Notes: generated by a model not told the origin, from the sequence alone. Shown: positions 49,205 to 61,200, numbered from the stretch's first letter. The stretch is 64,000 nucleotides of DNA from Malacoraja senta (GCA_038087875.1 CM075989.1:10478001-10542000), one strand, 5' to 3'. Made by a program: numbers and translations.

Positions 49205-49460
49205 TGATGTGTCTCTCAGTTCCCCTCGTTCTCACTCTGTCATTGTTTTCCTCACTGTCTACTTGTCTGCCAATCTTTTATCTTCCTGTTTCTGTAATGA
49301 TCTGCCATTTTCTTCCTCTCATTTTTTTGCAGCTTCTCTGTCTTTTTTTCTGCCTCTCTCTCTCACTCTCTTTCTCTCATCCCTCCCCTGCTTCTATGTC
49401 TCCCACTCTTTCTTCTCCATTCCTTTTATCGTTTTCTATTAGACTCTCCTTCCACTTTCA
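49205..49460. repeat. CT-rich low-complexity pyrimidine tract
   Basis: About 250 bp that is strongly pyrimidine-biased on the plus strand. Confidence 0.85.
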
Positions 49461-50204
49461 GACTCCAAAGCACGCACAGAATCAGCGATGGCTGGGCGGC
49501 CGCCGCCAGTCACCTTCTTTATCTCTGGGAGGGGGTTGGGAGGCGGGAGTGCATCTGGCTTTAATAAACTAGGGCGTACACTATACATCTTGTTGGTGAT
49601 TGTGGACCAAATGCGTTCATCCTGACCTCAAGACTAAACATGGGAAGGGAAATAAACAGCATGCCTGCCTCTGAAATTATTGGCCATTTGCTTTAAAATG
49701 AGAAGGAGGAATTAAAGACACTTACTGCACTGAAGAATCAGTACTTATTCGTAAAGTCAAGAAGAAGGGACAGGAAAAGAGATGTGTACCAAGAGTGGGT
49801 ACTGTCAGTTCAAATTATCCAGATTTAGGCAGATCAAAGGGATTGTGTTCCACTGTTGTCAGAATCGGAGTCCCAGTTATCACTACTCACTAACCTTATA
49901 GTACATTTTTTCTTTGAAGAATTAATATTTAAATAAAAAAACATGCTTCAGACTGGGAAGCAACGAGATCAAAAGGACACAGTGTTGGAAGAAATACTGT
50001 CATTTTATCCCTCGGAATTCAAGCTGAAGATCATGATGCAGGAAGTGTCGATGACATGGAAACTGTTCTCCATCCAGCCAGCAGATGTATTTATCATCCA
50101 ATATCCATCAGGATCATTCAACTTTGAACAGTGTTACCCATTGATGGAAGCCAGTGCACTTCAACAAGATCATGGCCCCTCCAGGTTCTGCAGCGATACA
50201 AGGC

Positions 50205-50490
50205 AAGGTGACCTAGTGGTCAAATCACTGAATTAACAGCCAGCAATCTGCACTATAGATCCAGTGAAATTAGTTCAAATCCACCAAAGCTAACTGGGGA
50301 ATTTTAATTCAAATAACTAAATATAATTATAGCATGATGGTGAAGCATAGCATGATTGCCATTAAAAATGCATCTGCCTCATTGATATCCTACGAGGAAA
50401 GTCTGCCATCTTTACTTAGTGTGGTACATATGGACTCTACACTCACCAATAGTTTTGATTCTTGGGAAATTAGAGATGAACATTAAACAT
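50205..50490 (+). mobile_element. Old tRNA-derived elasmobranch-type SINE
   Basis: tgacctagtgg A-box-like and agttcaaatcc B-box-like motifs. Related degenerate copies at about 7290-7560, 16730-17150, 28660-29750 (split) and 56660-56870. Confidence 0.6.
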
Positions 50491-51228
50491 GGTCTAGTGT
50501 CAGAGCAACTTATCAGGAGTGGAACTATAACAGGAAATCAAAAAAAACCTGCAGATGCGGGAAATCTGAGATAAACACAAAAAATGCTGGAAACCTCACC
50601 GCTAAGTCAGTATCTATGGAAAGTGAAACAGAACTAATGTTTAAGGTCTTAATTTTTCTGCCTTATTTGCTGTAGAGATCCAAGTGACAACTTCTCCGCC
50701 TTCTCTCCCTAATCTCTTTCTTGATGATCATGCTGCAGGAAGTGCCACTATCTTAAAGCTCTAATAATTTAACACAGATGCTGGGGCAAAGCAGTATGTG
50801 CACCTAATTCTCCTGTTTGAAACTGTTGACCCTCCTCTTATCCATCAAGGGCTAATGGTTTACCCTCATTCACTCTTTCAGAAATCAAGGAGGGGGTGAG
50901 AATGGAAGTTACTGCAGCGACCATTTCAAATCAGTGACGTAGATGTACTTTAAACGGAAACACCCTCCATTGGAAAATCACTGGGGATTTGTATCTTCAT
51001 GTCTCTGGAATGGGGTTTGAACTCAGGAACATGTAACACACATAAAAGTGTGACTAACTGAATCGCTGCTAAAGATGCAAAACTGGAGTCACAAAAAACA
51101 ACAGTGATAAATGAAGGAAAAGTGTCTGTACCAGAGAACAATGAGAATACTTAACTTGCTACAATAAGAAAAGGCAGAGTTAACATAAGAGGAAGCTGAG
51201 TAAAACAGAAGGAATGAATAGGATGAGG

Positions 51229-52035
51229 CAAGACAAGACAAGAGACATTTATTGTCACATGCACCAATTGGTACAGTGAAATTTGTGGTCACCAAACAGC
51301 CATACAAATAAAATAAAGAACACAGAACACGATAGTCTTTAATATAAACATCCCACACAGTGGTATCAAAGTTTCCCACTGTGAGGGAAGGCACCAAAGT
51401 TCAGTCCTCCTCCTCTGTTGTCCTCTGTTTTTTGTTCACCCGTGGTCGGGGCCTCCTGAGCCCTCCTTAGTCGCCGCTACGGGCGGCCCGATGTTCAGGC
51501 CCACTCGCAGGATGATTGAACTCCGACGTCGGAACAGGAGAACATCCTCAGCGGCTTGGACCTCCGAATCGGCCACTTCTTACCGGAGTCACACAGGCCG
51601 AGCTGGGCGGAGATTCGCTCTGGTGGGCCTTGGCAAAAGGTCCCAGGACTCCGCGATGTTGGTCAGCGCCCCCGCGCTGGAAGCTCTGCAAACCACAGCA
51701 GCAGGCCCAACACGCCGGAGCTTCAAACGGCGATCCAGGTAAAGCATCGCCTGCTCCGCGATGTATCCAGTGCTGCACCGCTGCTGAGGCTCTGGTCCAG
51801 TCTCCGGTCTCCGGCAGGAAAGGCCGTGCCAATCCAGTTGGTAGGCCGCGAGAGGGGGACGAAGATGCGACTCAGAGAGTAGTCGCATCCTCGCCAGGAA
51901 GTGACTGGGAAACGGTTTCCTCCTTACCCTACCCCCCTCCCCCACATAGAAATACAAAAAAAATCCTCCAGAACATACTTTTAATAAACTAAAGGAAAAA
52001 ACAGACAGACTGTAGGCAGAGGCTGCCATCATGGT
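51229..52035 (-). mobile_element. CpG-rich non-autonomous retroposon (family copy 4)
   Basis: (CAAGA)n then tttattgtcac, hairpin at 51351-51388, C-tract at about 51927-51941, acagacagactgtaggc near the 5' end. Probable diverged TSD gatgaggcaaga (51222-51233) / gacgaagcaaga (52042-52053). Confidence 0.83.
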
Positions 52036-52599
52036 GAGTGTGACGAAGCAAGATGGAAGGAGATCCGTGTAGATTGTACACTCCAGCATGGGCCAAATGG
52101 CCCAAATGACCTGCCTCTGTGCTGTAAGCTTATGTAAATCTCTTCTCAGTCTTCTCCATTCCAGGGTTAAGACCGCTTGTTGGGCAGGGCTTACTTTGAG
52201 CTATTTGGAGAGCTAATTGAAAGACTGGGCAGATTGTTTCAAAACTCTGTTTTTTTTTATTACTTAGATGGTTACGAGAATGTTAATCGCAGGCTCTTAA
52301 ATTCAGAATAAAGTTAAAGAAAGCAAAATAGTTCCATAAAAGCCCTTTCAAACATCTGGCATCCTTTAATGACAGGGTATTACACGGAGAGTCGAGTCAG
52401 GAAGCACCATCCGCTGGAGATAGGTGGCACAGACAAGCGCCACAATTCCAAATGCCACAGACAACTATTGTATCTCTGTGGCAATTGTGAGTTCAAAGTG
52501 CCTCACCCCTAAAACTCTGAACTTAAGAGCGATATTTCAGATAAAACTTGACCAATTTTCAGATCTTGGAATTTAGTGTTAAATTGGAGATTTCACATT

Positions 52600-52975
52600 C
52601 ACGCCTACTTTCACACAATCTAACAGTTCTCTCTCTCACAGACACATGAAAACACAGGCACACACTTTCACTCAAACTCACGCACGCTTGCAGTCTATTG
52701 TACACAACATTAATATACCACAAGGTTTCAAAGATCACAATTACAAATTCCCTCACACACACAGTCGCACTTTTGTTCCCTTGCATAAACACAAACTCGT
52801 GTACATACACAATCTAACACATTCAGTCACTTTTGCATATCCTTTCAGAAAAAAATATTTCAATTCATATCCATATTCGCCTCCACAGACATTCTTACAC
52901 ACCCTCAGATTCGCACACAAGGCACCACACTGCCACCCACATACACATAAACATGCACATGCAAACTCTTACATT
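52600..52975. repeat. Degenerate CA-rich low-complexity tract
   Basis: Interrupted (CA)n-like runs. The overlapping His/Thr-rich ORFs are a consequence of this composition. Confidence 0.8.
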
Positions 52976-53599
52976 TGAACAAAGTGCTTTAGAGGGGATC
53001 CTTGGAAGATTTTCTTTCACTGAGTTGTTGCAATCTGGAACATACTGCCTGAGAAGGTCATGGGGGAAAGTATTTTCACAGCATTTAAGAAAGAAAACTG
53101 ATGAACTGTTGAACGGCTAAGACATAATCAACTTCCAACCAAGTACTAAGACATAGGATTAGTACTTAATGACCAACATGGACATGGTGGACCAAAGAGC
53201 CTCTTTCTGGGCTCTCTGACTTTAACCCTGTGACTATGATTCTAAATACTCGCTTTACCAGTGACATCCACATTCAAGGAATAAGTTAACTTTGATCAGA
53301 ATGGGGAAAGACTGGAAAAGGGTAGAGGGTGAGAATAGTCAAAAAGGAGCGAGAGAAGGAAAAAAATTGCAACCAAAGATATACAAGTTATCCCACAAAG
53401 ATGACCAGTGTATGAGATGTCAAATGGAGGCCTAATTCATGCTCAGTCTTGTTAGTGAGTTTATGGGGTTAGGATTTAATAGACAAAGCTGAGGTGTCTC
53501 GTGAAGGCATTAATAACTGGGTTGTGAGAGATTCTCCTCTGATCAAGATTGCTAATGATGAATCAGGCAGAAGGATGAGGCCAAAAATAAGCAGAAGCC

Positions 53600-53892
53600 T
53601 ATCCCTCTCTCTCCATCCCTCCCCCAACCAACTTCTCATTCCCAGCACCAGCTTCTCATTCTCACCTAGCAACAGCTAACAATGGCCTGTTTCCTCTATC
53701 ATTGTTACTTTTTTTGCATATCTTTCATTAATTTGTTCCATATCTCACTACTTCACAATCTACATTTCTCGATTCCCTTTCCCCTGACTCTAGTCTGAAG
53801 AAGGGTCTTGACTTGAAACGGCACCCATTCCTTCTATCCGGAGATGCTGGCTGTTATTCCACTGCTGAGTTATTCCAGCACTTTGTGTCTAT
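53600..53892 (+). mobile_element. Penelope-like pLTR fragment with mutated hammerhead
   Basis: gtCTGAAGAagggtcttgacttGAAAcgGC (53795-53822; UH site changed), followed by the pLTR end ccagcactttgtgtct. Confidence 0.8.
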
Positions 53893-55676
53893 AAGCAGAA
53901 CTTATAACCAGTTGGATTTTAAAGACTTGTGTAAAAGGAATTGCCTCCTAAAAAAAGGCGAGAAGCACCATTTTAGCCAAAGAACAAGAAAGGGGTGAAA
54001 CCAAGAGCCAAAACACTTAATGGGCTTCTAACCTGCCTTGCACTGCACCACAAGGGGAAAAACACAAAATAAATAGCATAGATAGAAGCTCAGGAAATCC
54101 TGCTGAGATTCAATGTTGAGGAATGCAAAAGGAAGCATATAAGGCTTAAATGTGCAAATCATCTTTTTGGCATTCTTAAATTATTCTGAAATATAACTAA
54201 TTACCTTTTGCAATACAGTAATTATTGTTAAGCAGGCAAATGTGGTAGACATATGACACCAATTTTATACCAAAAGCTGCCAGGAGATGGCCTGTTAATT
54301 GCTAAATTGTGTGTTCACATGCATTAATTAGATTGCTATGTCACCCACTCACTTCATTGGTGGAAAAAAAACAGGTATTAAGATGAGTAACTTTAATTGG
54401 CTTTTAACAAAAATAATTAATAAAAATATTGAAAAAGTTAATTTCTCTTTAAACACATTAAACTGTTTTACATTTATGCACATGAACATTAATCAACATA
54501 AACCAGTTACCATTTTGGTGTGAGTCAGCTCTTCCATCCAGATGAATTGGACTGTGCTGGATATGTGAGCTGTTGCTGGCACATGGAAGAGGAGCCAGCT
54601 ACAAATTGTAGCCAGTCCCATAGCTCAGTACATTGTGGAGCTGCCATTGGACTTGCCATTGACAAAAAGTCTCAAGAGGAGAAACTGGAGCAAGTGACAG
54701 CAAACGTGGCCAGACAGGGAGGAGTTTCCTCAAAATTTAAACCCCTGTTGCCAATTCGCTTTATTGCACTGACTACACATTCTACTGCAATTTCCAAATT
54801 CGGTTTAATTGACCTCCAGGTTGGGAAGCCTGTAATGTGCCAACTGCTGCTGGCTTTGGAACTGCTGCCTATCTATCAGTGTGCCTCAGTAGCAACCTCA
54901 GAGACCGGCCTTGCTGTGATTGTGTCAATATCTTTCTTAGCTACACCTTAGAGAACCCGACTATCAAGGTGAGAGGTCTTGTGAGGCATGAGCAAAGATC
55001 CTATAGCAGAGGATCTTTGGGCATGAGCACAGAGCGGCAAGTTAGGCACAAAGGTCATCAATGCACACTTTGACCTTGGTGAATGAATTGCCAACCCTGT
55101 ATTCGTCCTAGGAATCTGTGCATCACCAGGAAGGCTGCTATTTATTGCCCATTCCTCTTCCATTTGAGAAGTTTGTGGGTAAGCCGCCATCTTGAACTGT
55201 TTGTGATTAGCATTTTACCTCTGTAGGGCATTCTGAGATCTAGACTGGGTAACGATGCATTCGTTGTGTGAAATCTCACAATGAGCACCTCTTCATAAAT
55301 TGAATATTTATTGACAATACTGCATCAGCTAATAAGATGGAGGGCGATAGGATGCATGATAACTAGCAAACAATCTATTGAAAAATACTGTAAACAGTCA
55401 AATAGCCCACATGACAGAATTTGTTTGAAGATTTGAGGGAGCTGCTACAAATCTCAGTCACTTACATCAGTGTGATTGATGGACAAGAAATTACACAATC
55501 TCCACTCTGGCTATCTCTAGTTTTATCAATAAATATGGCCTTTGTAAAATTAAACCCTTTATATCAGAGCCACATTCTGGGCAATTTTGTTGCTAGGGTC
55601 ATGTTTATAGACACAGTTATTCAGAAATCCATCCCATGTACATAACACTACCTCAATGGAACTGAAGGAAATACTC

Positions 55677-55710
55677 GAAGGTACACAAAAATGCTGGAGA
55701 AACTCAGCGG
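55677..55710 (-). mobile_element. 34-bp Penelope-like stub
   Basis: gaaggtacacaaaaatgctggagaaactcagcgg between perfect 13-bp direct repeats gaaggaaatactc (55664-55676, 55711-55723). Confidence 0.85.
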
Positions 55711-56054
55711 GAAGGAAATACTCAGCTGCTGCAATAAATGTGTTTAGCATTGTCATTATGGAATGAATTTCCTGGCAAATACTCCCTCTGAGGCTGAGCA
55801 GAGGTTCTGACATCCAGCCAGTGAACAAGCTGGTAGATAAGCCCAAGTGGTTTTTGGACATGGCATGACGCTGTGCAGTTATGAATCTCCACCCTCTTCC
55901 CCCACCCTGCTCAAAACACACAATCAAAAGCCTTGGGGCATTCACTAATAGCTGTGAATGTGTGATCTTGGGTGTGATACCAGACAGAATGTACAAAGTA
56001 CTGAGATGGAAAGAATCTAGATGTAGAAGGATAAGGTACTGGACATTTAGCACT

Positions 56055-56347
56055 GGGCGGCACAGTGACACAGCAGTAGAGTTATTGCCCTACAGTGCCA
56101 AAGACCCTGGTTCGATCCTGACTACGGGTGCTATCTTAATGGAATTTGTACGTTCCCCCTGTGACCGCATGGGTTTTCTTCAGGTGCTCAGGTTTCCTCC
56201 CACATTTCAAAGACATGCAGGTTAATTGGCATTTGTAAATTGTCCCTAGTGTGTAGGATAGAACTAGTGTATGGGTGATCATGGGTTGGCGTGGACTTAG
56301 TGGGCTGAAGGGTCTGTTTCCATGCTGTATCTCTGAACTGAACTGAA
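56055..56347 (+). mobile_element. HE1-type V-SINE, full length
   Basis: Head gggcggcacagtgacacagcagtag, B box ggttcgatcct, V-domain and (CTGAA)n tail. cactggg at both ends. Confidence 0.9.
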
Positions 56348-56885
56348 CACTGGGTTGAGGAGAAATGACTCTGGGTTGGGAAAAAAGGTTGTAAATGTTT
56401 TACCCCAGTGGTCTATGTCTGCTCAGTTGTGGAGCATGGGTTTGGAACACAAGCATTTGATGGATATGGGGATCAGGTAGGAAGGTGGAGGAGCAGTGTA
56501 GGATCAGCAGCAGTCTTCTGATAGAGACATAATGTTGTTACACTCCGAGCACCAATGTCCTTTGAAGCTCAGCACAGAACTGGCAATGTTTGTGGATGAG
56601 GGAAAGAAAATTGGTGATAGAAAAAAGACTTCACTGTGTGAGGTGCAATAGCAATGTGGCAATCAAAAGGCTTATTTTTATGATGTTAGCCTGAAGGACA
56701 TTAGTAGCTAAAAAAACAGTAACTTTATGGTTATCATTGTTAAGAACTGCTTTTTTAAAAGAAAATCCTGCATTTACTTAAATTTAAATTATCTTGGTGC
56801 ATGGTGAGATTTGAAATAATATCTTCAGATATATAGTTCAAAATATAAGCAGTTTGACCTGTAACACCACCAGTACATTATTGTA

Positions 56886-57048
56886 GATACAAGGAACTGC
56901 AGATGCTGGTTTACAAACAAAGACACAAAGTGCTGGAGTAATGCAGTGGGTCAGGTCGCATCACTGGAGAACGTGGACAGGTGATGTCACCTACTCCTTT
57001 TCTCCAGAGATTCCGCCTGACCCGTTGAGTTACTCCAGCACTTTGTGT
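56886..57048. mobile_element. Fold-back Penelope-like remnant
   Basis: gacacaaagtgctggagtaa / ttactccagcactttgtgtc arms, centre ggtgatgtcacc. 15-bp direct repeat (14/15) at 56871-56885 and 57049-57063. Confidence 0.87.
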
Positions 57049-58275
57049 CAGTACGTTATTGTATCCCATTATAAAACATGGGCAATTTGAAGAGACTCAT
57101 TCGGTGATCTTTTTCAGCCTTAATTGTAATTCTGCTTAATAGGTCACTCTTCCAAGTAGCTAGCCAATTATTCCTGTGCTTTTTAAATATTATTCGGTTC
57201 ACTGATCAACCTGCCCTACATTGCACTTTGTGCCACTCAGCTTCCCTCTATTAGAATCTTTTAGATCTGATTAGAATCTTTCCCCCTCAGCTGCACGCCT
57301 TGTTTTGGACGTCCTTGAACATGTCATTTATTGTTCTATTTGAAGAATTCTGAATATGTGAATAATGTATCTTCTCATGAGTAAAAGCATCCCAAACCCT
57401 CCAACCACCTTGTGGTTTGGATACCACAATTCAGAGAGATTCTTGAAATAGATAATGAGGTAAGGTCTCATGTGCTGTAACGCGACTGTAATGTGTGTAG
57501 ACAAGTGTTTACCAGGAAGACGACATGAGGATGAGGTGTGAGAAGCTATCCACCATCCTCCTATTCGAGCGCCTGAGATTCTCTGATCGACTCTTTTAAC
57601 AGCATGTGATTATGCCTCAAAACCATCATTGTTAAACACTTTCTCGCCATCACATTATTTGGGTAATACAGCATTACTGTTCTAATATTTCCCTTTATCT
57701 TCTTAAGGTCTACTTAGTCCAACCAATACATTCTTCATCCTCACTGCATCCTGATAGTGCAAATAATTGGCACTCATCTTCCCATCTTCTCAATTCCAAT
57801 CTGCCAACCAACTAATTGCTAATACAGTGTACCACAGATTTAACTGAAGCAGAGTTTTTGATTGAGTCTGCTTTTCCCCCTTGTTCTTTAACAACCTTCT
57901 CAATGTTGTACAGTTTAAACTATTTTTCCTGTCTTCAAATTGTAAAAAAAATGATGTTTCTTCAGAGGTTATGCTGTAATTAATTAGTTGGAGAAACTGG
58001 AAATATTTTATTTAGCTTAGTGTTAAAATCTATTACAATTCGTCAGTTCCTTTCCGCTCACATTGTAAAACTTGATATGATCCCAGCGCATTCAAATGGT
58101 AAACTTTCAGCTTTTTGAGTCAGGGTCATTACAAGAATGGGGGGCAATGGATCAGTGATTTTGTGTTTCTGCTTGTTGCCAGTTAAATAGTGTTAGGCCT
58201 GTGTGATACTTGGATAGGTTTACTGGGAATAACAATAGGCGTGTTGACTGGGGAAACAGGTTAAAAAAACACTGG

Positions 58276-58790
58276 TAGACAAAAATGCTGGAGAAGTGTG
58301 AGGCAGCATCTATGGAGCGAAGGGAATAGGCAACGTTTCAGGTTGAAACCCTTCTTCAGACTGATGTGAGGGTGGGGGGGGGGGAAGAAGAAAGGAAGAG
58401 GAGGAGCCAGTGGGCTGAGGGAGAGCTGAGAAGGGGAGGAGAAAGTAGGGACTATCTGAAATTAGAGAAGTCAATGTTCATGCCGCTGGGATGCAAACTG
58501 CCCAAGCGAAATATGAGGTGCTGCTCCTCCAATTTACGGTGGTCCTCACTCTGGCCATGGAGGAGGCCCAGGACAGAACGGTCGGATTTGGAATGGGAGG
58601 GGGAGTTGAAGTGCTGAGCCACCGGGAGATCAGGTTGGTTATTGCGAACCGAGCGGAGGTGTTCGGCGAAGCGATTGCCAAGCCTACGCTTGGTCTCAAC
58701 GATGTAGAGCAGCTGACACCTAGAGCAGCGGATGCAGTAGATGAGGTTGGAGGAGGTGCAGGTGAACCTCTGCCGCACCTGGAAAGACTG
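58276..58790 (-). mobile_element. 5'-truncated Penelope-like (Neptune-type) retroelement
   Basis: GIY-YIG ORF followed by a pLTR with a hammerhead motif at 58332-58359. Diverged direct repeat at 58263-58275 and 58791-58803 (11/13). Confidence 0.92.
58452..58778 (-). pseudogene. GIY-YIG endonuclease domain of a Penelope-like element (fragment; YIG changed to YIV)
   Basis: NLIYCIRCSRCQLLYIVETKRRLGNRFAEH...VAQHF...EQHLIFRLGSLHPSGMN shows the PLE CCHH-type GIY-YIG layout. No upstream RT. Confidence 0.9.
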
Positions 58791-58890
58791 AAGAAACCAC
58801 TGGACTGAATTCAGGGAAATCAGTCACAATACACATGTCAAAAAAGTAATAGTAACAAAGCCAAATTAATCAAAAGGATTACATTCTTTA

Positions 58891-59150
58891 TCTATTCTGC
58901 CCTAATTTGACAAAAGGAAGCAACTGACAATGTTGTCAAAATTGAGTTATTGCTTGTTTTAGGGTATTTGAGATATGCTCTACACAATGGTGAACAAAAT
59001 AAGTCTTCTCTGAGTACAATTTGAAAATATTTATACCAGAGAAGTAAGAAATTCCATCACAGGGAGCTGAAAGAAAAACACGTTTTCTTCATTTACAAGA
59101 AAACTCCTTTCTGTCAGTTGCTCCCTTTTGTCAAAGTAGGGCAGTATTGA
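58891..59150. mobile_element. Old MITE-like element with 39-bp inverted repeats
   Basis: 58891-58929 versus the reverse complement of 59112-59150, 35/39 identical. Confidence 0.7.
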
Positions 59151-59254
59151 GGCCAGGTCTCAGAATCAAGGAAAAGAGAGTATCCATTTTAAAGGGATGC
59201 AAATCAAAGTAATTCTCCATCCCAGAGGTCCCAAGAGACTGTCAGAAGTATCAA

Positions 59255-59560
59255 GGAGGCACTGATGGAGTGCTGCACTACTGAAGATACTTCCATTTTG
59301 TTGAAATATTAAACCATGGCCTGCTTTCCTCCCATTGATTGTAATTCCTTGTTATTTTGAATAGGGGTTGAGAGTTATCTCTGGTATCCTGTATAATCAT
59401 TATCTCTGATCTGTTATCAATGAAAGAGACGAACTGGTAACCAGCGTCGCTATTTGTGGGATCACGCTGTGTGCATTCGTCCCTACATTAGAGCACCTAC
59501 ATTTCTAAGGTATTGCATCACCTGTCAAGCACTTTGGAATGAACTGAACAAGTGAAAAAC
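59255..59560 (+). mobile_element. Deu-domain SINE remnant
   Basis: gatggagtgctgcact...ttaaaccatggcc...gagttatctctggtatcctg...gctatttgtgggatc. Confidence 0.6.
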
Positions 59561-60044
59561 ACCATCGCTGCTGTCTTCATCCTTTCAAAATGGTTGGAAC
59601 CTACATCAGACGTGACCAGTTTACTTAACTGCATCCAGCAGCTGGCTTTGACCAATTGCTGGTAATCCCATCAATTGATAGTTAAAAAAAGTTTAATACA
59701 TGACCAGATTCCAGCGAACCCACAGTCAATTCAATTTTAATCATAAACTCTATACAAGAAAATCTTAAATCTCTTGGTGAATGTTGAGATTCAGTAGCAG
59801 GTGGTCGTTTGTCCATCAGCTGTAGTTTTGTCCAGTGTGATTGAATGAATTGGCTGCAAAGAACTATTTAATGTACTGAAAGGGACAGGATAGATGCTTT
59901 AAAAATGCAAATCTTTCCTGATAGCTCAGTCCGTAGTTAGCTCCAAAAATCCCATAACAAAGAAGCAGGATTAGACCATTTGGCCCTTTGTGGCTGTTCT
60001 GCCCATTCATAATATCCTGGCAGATATTTTACTAACATTGTTTG

Positions 60045-60350
60045 TAGTTTAGTTTAGAGATACATGGTGGAAGCAGGTCCTTCAGCCCACGGAGTCTGCG
60101 GCGACCAATGATCACCCGTACACTAGTTCTATGTTATCTCAGTTTCACATCTTACACTCATGGGGCAATTTACAGAAGCCAATTAACCTACAAACCTGTG
60201 CATCTTTGGAATGTGGGAGAAAACCAGAACACCCAGAGAAAACCCATGTGGTCAAAGGGAGAACGTACAAACAGCATACAGACAGCACCTGTAGTCTGGG
60301 TTGAACCTGGGTCTCTCGTGCTGTAAGGCAGCAACTCTACCGCTGGGTCG
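60045..60350 (-). mobile_element. HE1-type V-SINE
   Basis: Same structure as 23185-23505. Confidence 0.87.
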
Positions 60351-60924
60351 CCTCCTGCATTATTTCCATATGCCTTGATTTGGTCCAGATTTTTCATTAA
60401 GTGATGACAGGGTGTCTCGAAACAGAGGTCATGGTCACAAAATAAGCAATTGGTCATTCAGGACTGAGATGATAAGCCTTTTGAATTTTCTGCCAAAGAG
60501 TGCTATGCAAGTTGGTTCAGGTGCTGGGTATATACAAGATGGAGGTCAATAAATCTTTGGATATTTAGAAAGTCATGAGATATGGAGTTAATGCAGAAAA
60601 GCAACTCTGGTGAAATATAAGCCAGGAGCTTAATGACTGACAGAGCAGCCAAGAAGGGCCAAATGGCATATTTCTGCTTCTATTTGTTGTGAAGTTTTTT
60701 GGTTGCCTAAGGGCTGAGATTCCTGGAACGATTAGAATTTTTATAGCATCTATCTTGTCCCATTCAGTATATCAAATAGTGTTTTACAGCCAGTAGAATG
60801 TTTTTGATGTATAGTTACTATTTTAACATTAACCCGAGGGCATATCTTTAGTTCTGCTCATCCCAATTCATTTCATTCGCCCCATTGTTTATCGATTTAT
60901 ATCAGCTCCTAGCTAAATAGGAGT

Positions 60925-61200
60925 TAGATTTGGAGATTGTCCTTCTTGTTTTAAATCCCTACAAGGCCTCACCCCACCTTATCTCTATAACTTTCACCAA
61001 CCCAAGCCCTTTGGACTTTTAGCCTCTTGATCATCCTCCTGAATTTAATCACTCCACCACTGGCAACCAAGTCTTCAGCTGTCCCACTTTCCATCTCTGT
61101 AATTGACTCCCCAAACCTCTCCACTATCTCATCTCCTGCAGGACACTCCTTAACTCTTGCCTTTTTGACAGAGATTTTGGAAATTTGCCCAAATACAAAG
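60925..61200 (+). mobile_element. Old L2-like LINE 3' remnant
   Basis: Translates EIVLLVFKSLQGLTPPYLYNF. Confidence 0.65.

Noticed and set aside
49943-50236. 97-aa ATG-initiated ORF
   Set aside because: No recognisable homology and it ends inside a SINE head. Its length is within chance expectation for 64 kb.
10205-52035. All four CpG-rich elements on the minus strand as evidence of host-gene orientation
   Set aside because: Four copies are too few (1 in 8 by chance for either strand), and CR1 and HE1 copies occur in both orientations.
54520-56071. 143-aa and 170-aa ORFs as host genes
   Set aside because: Non-ATG starts or starts inside a SINE, no recognisable domain and no convincing splice context.
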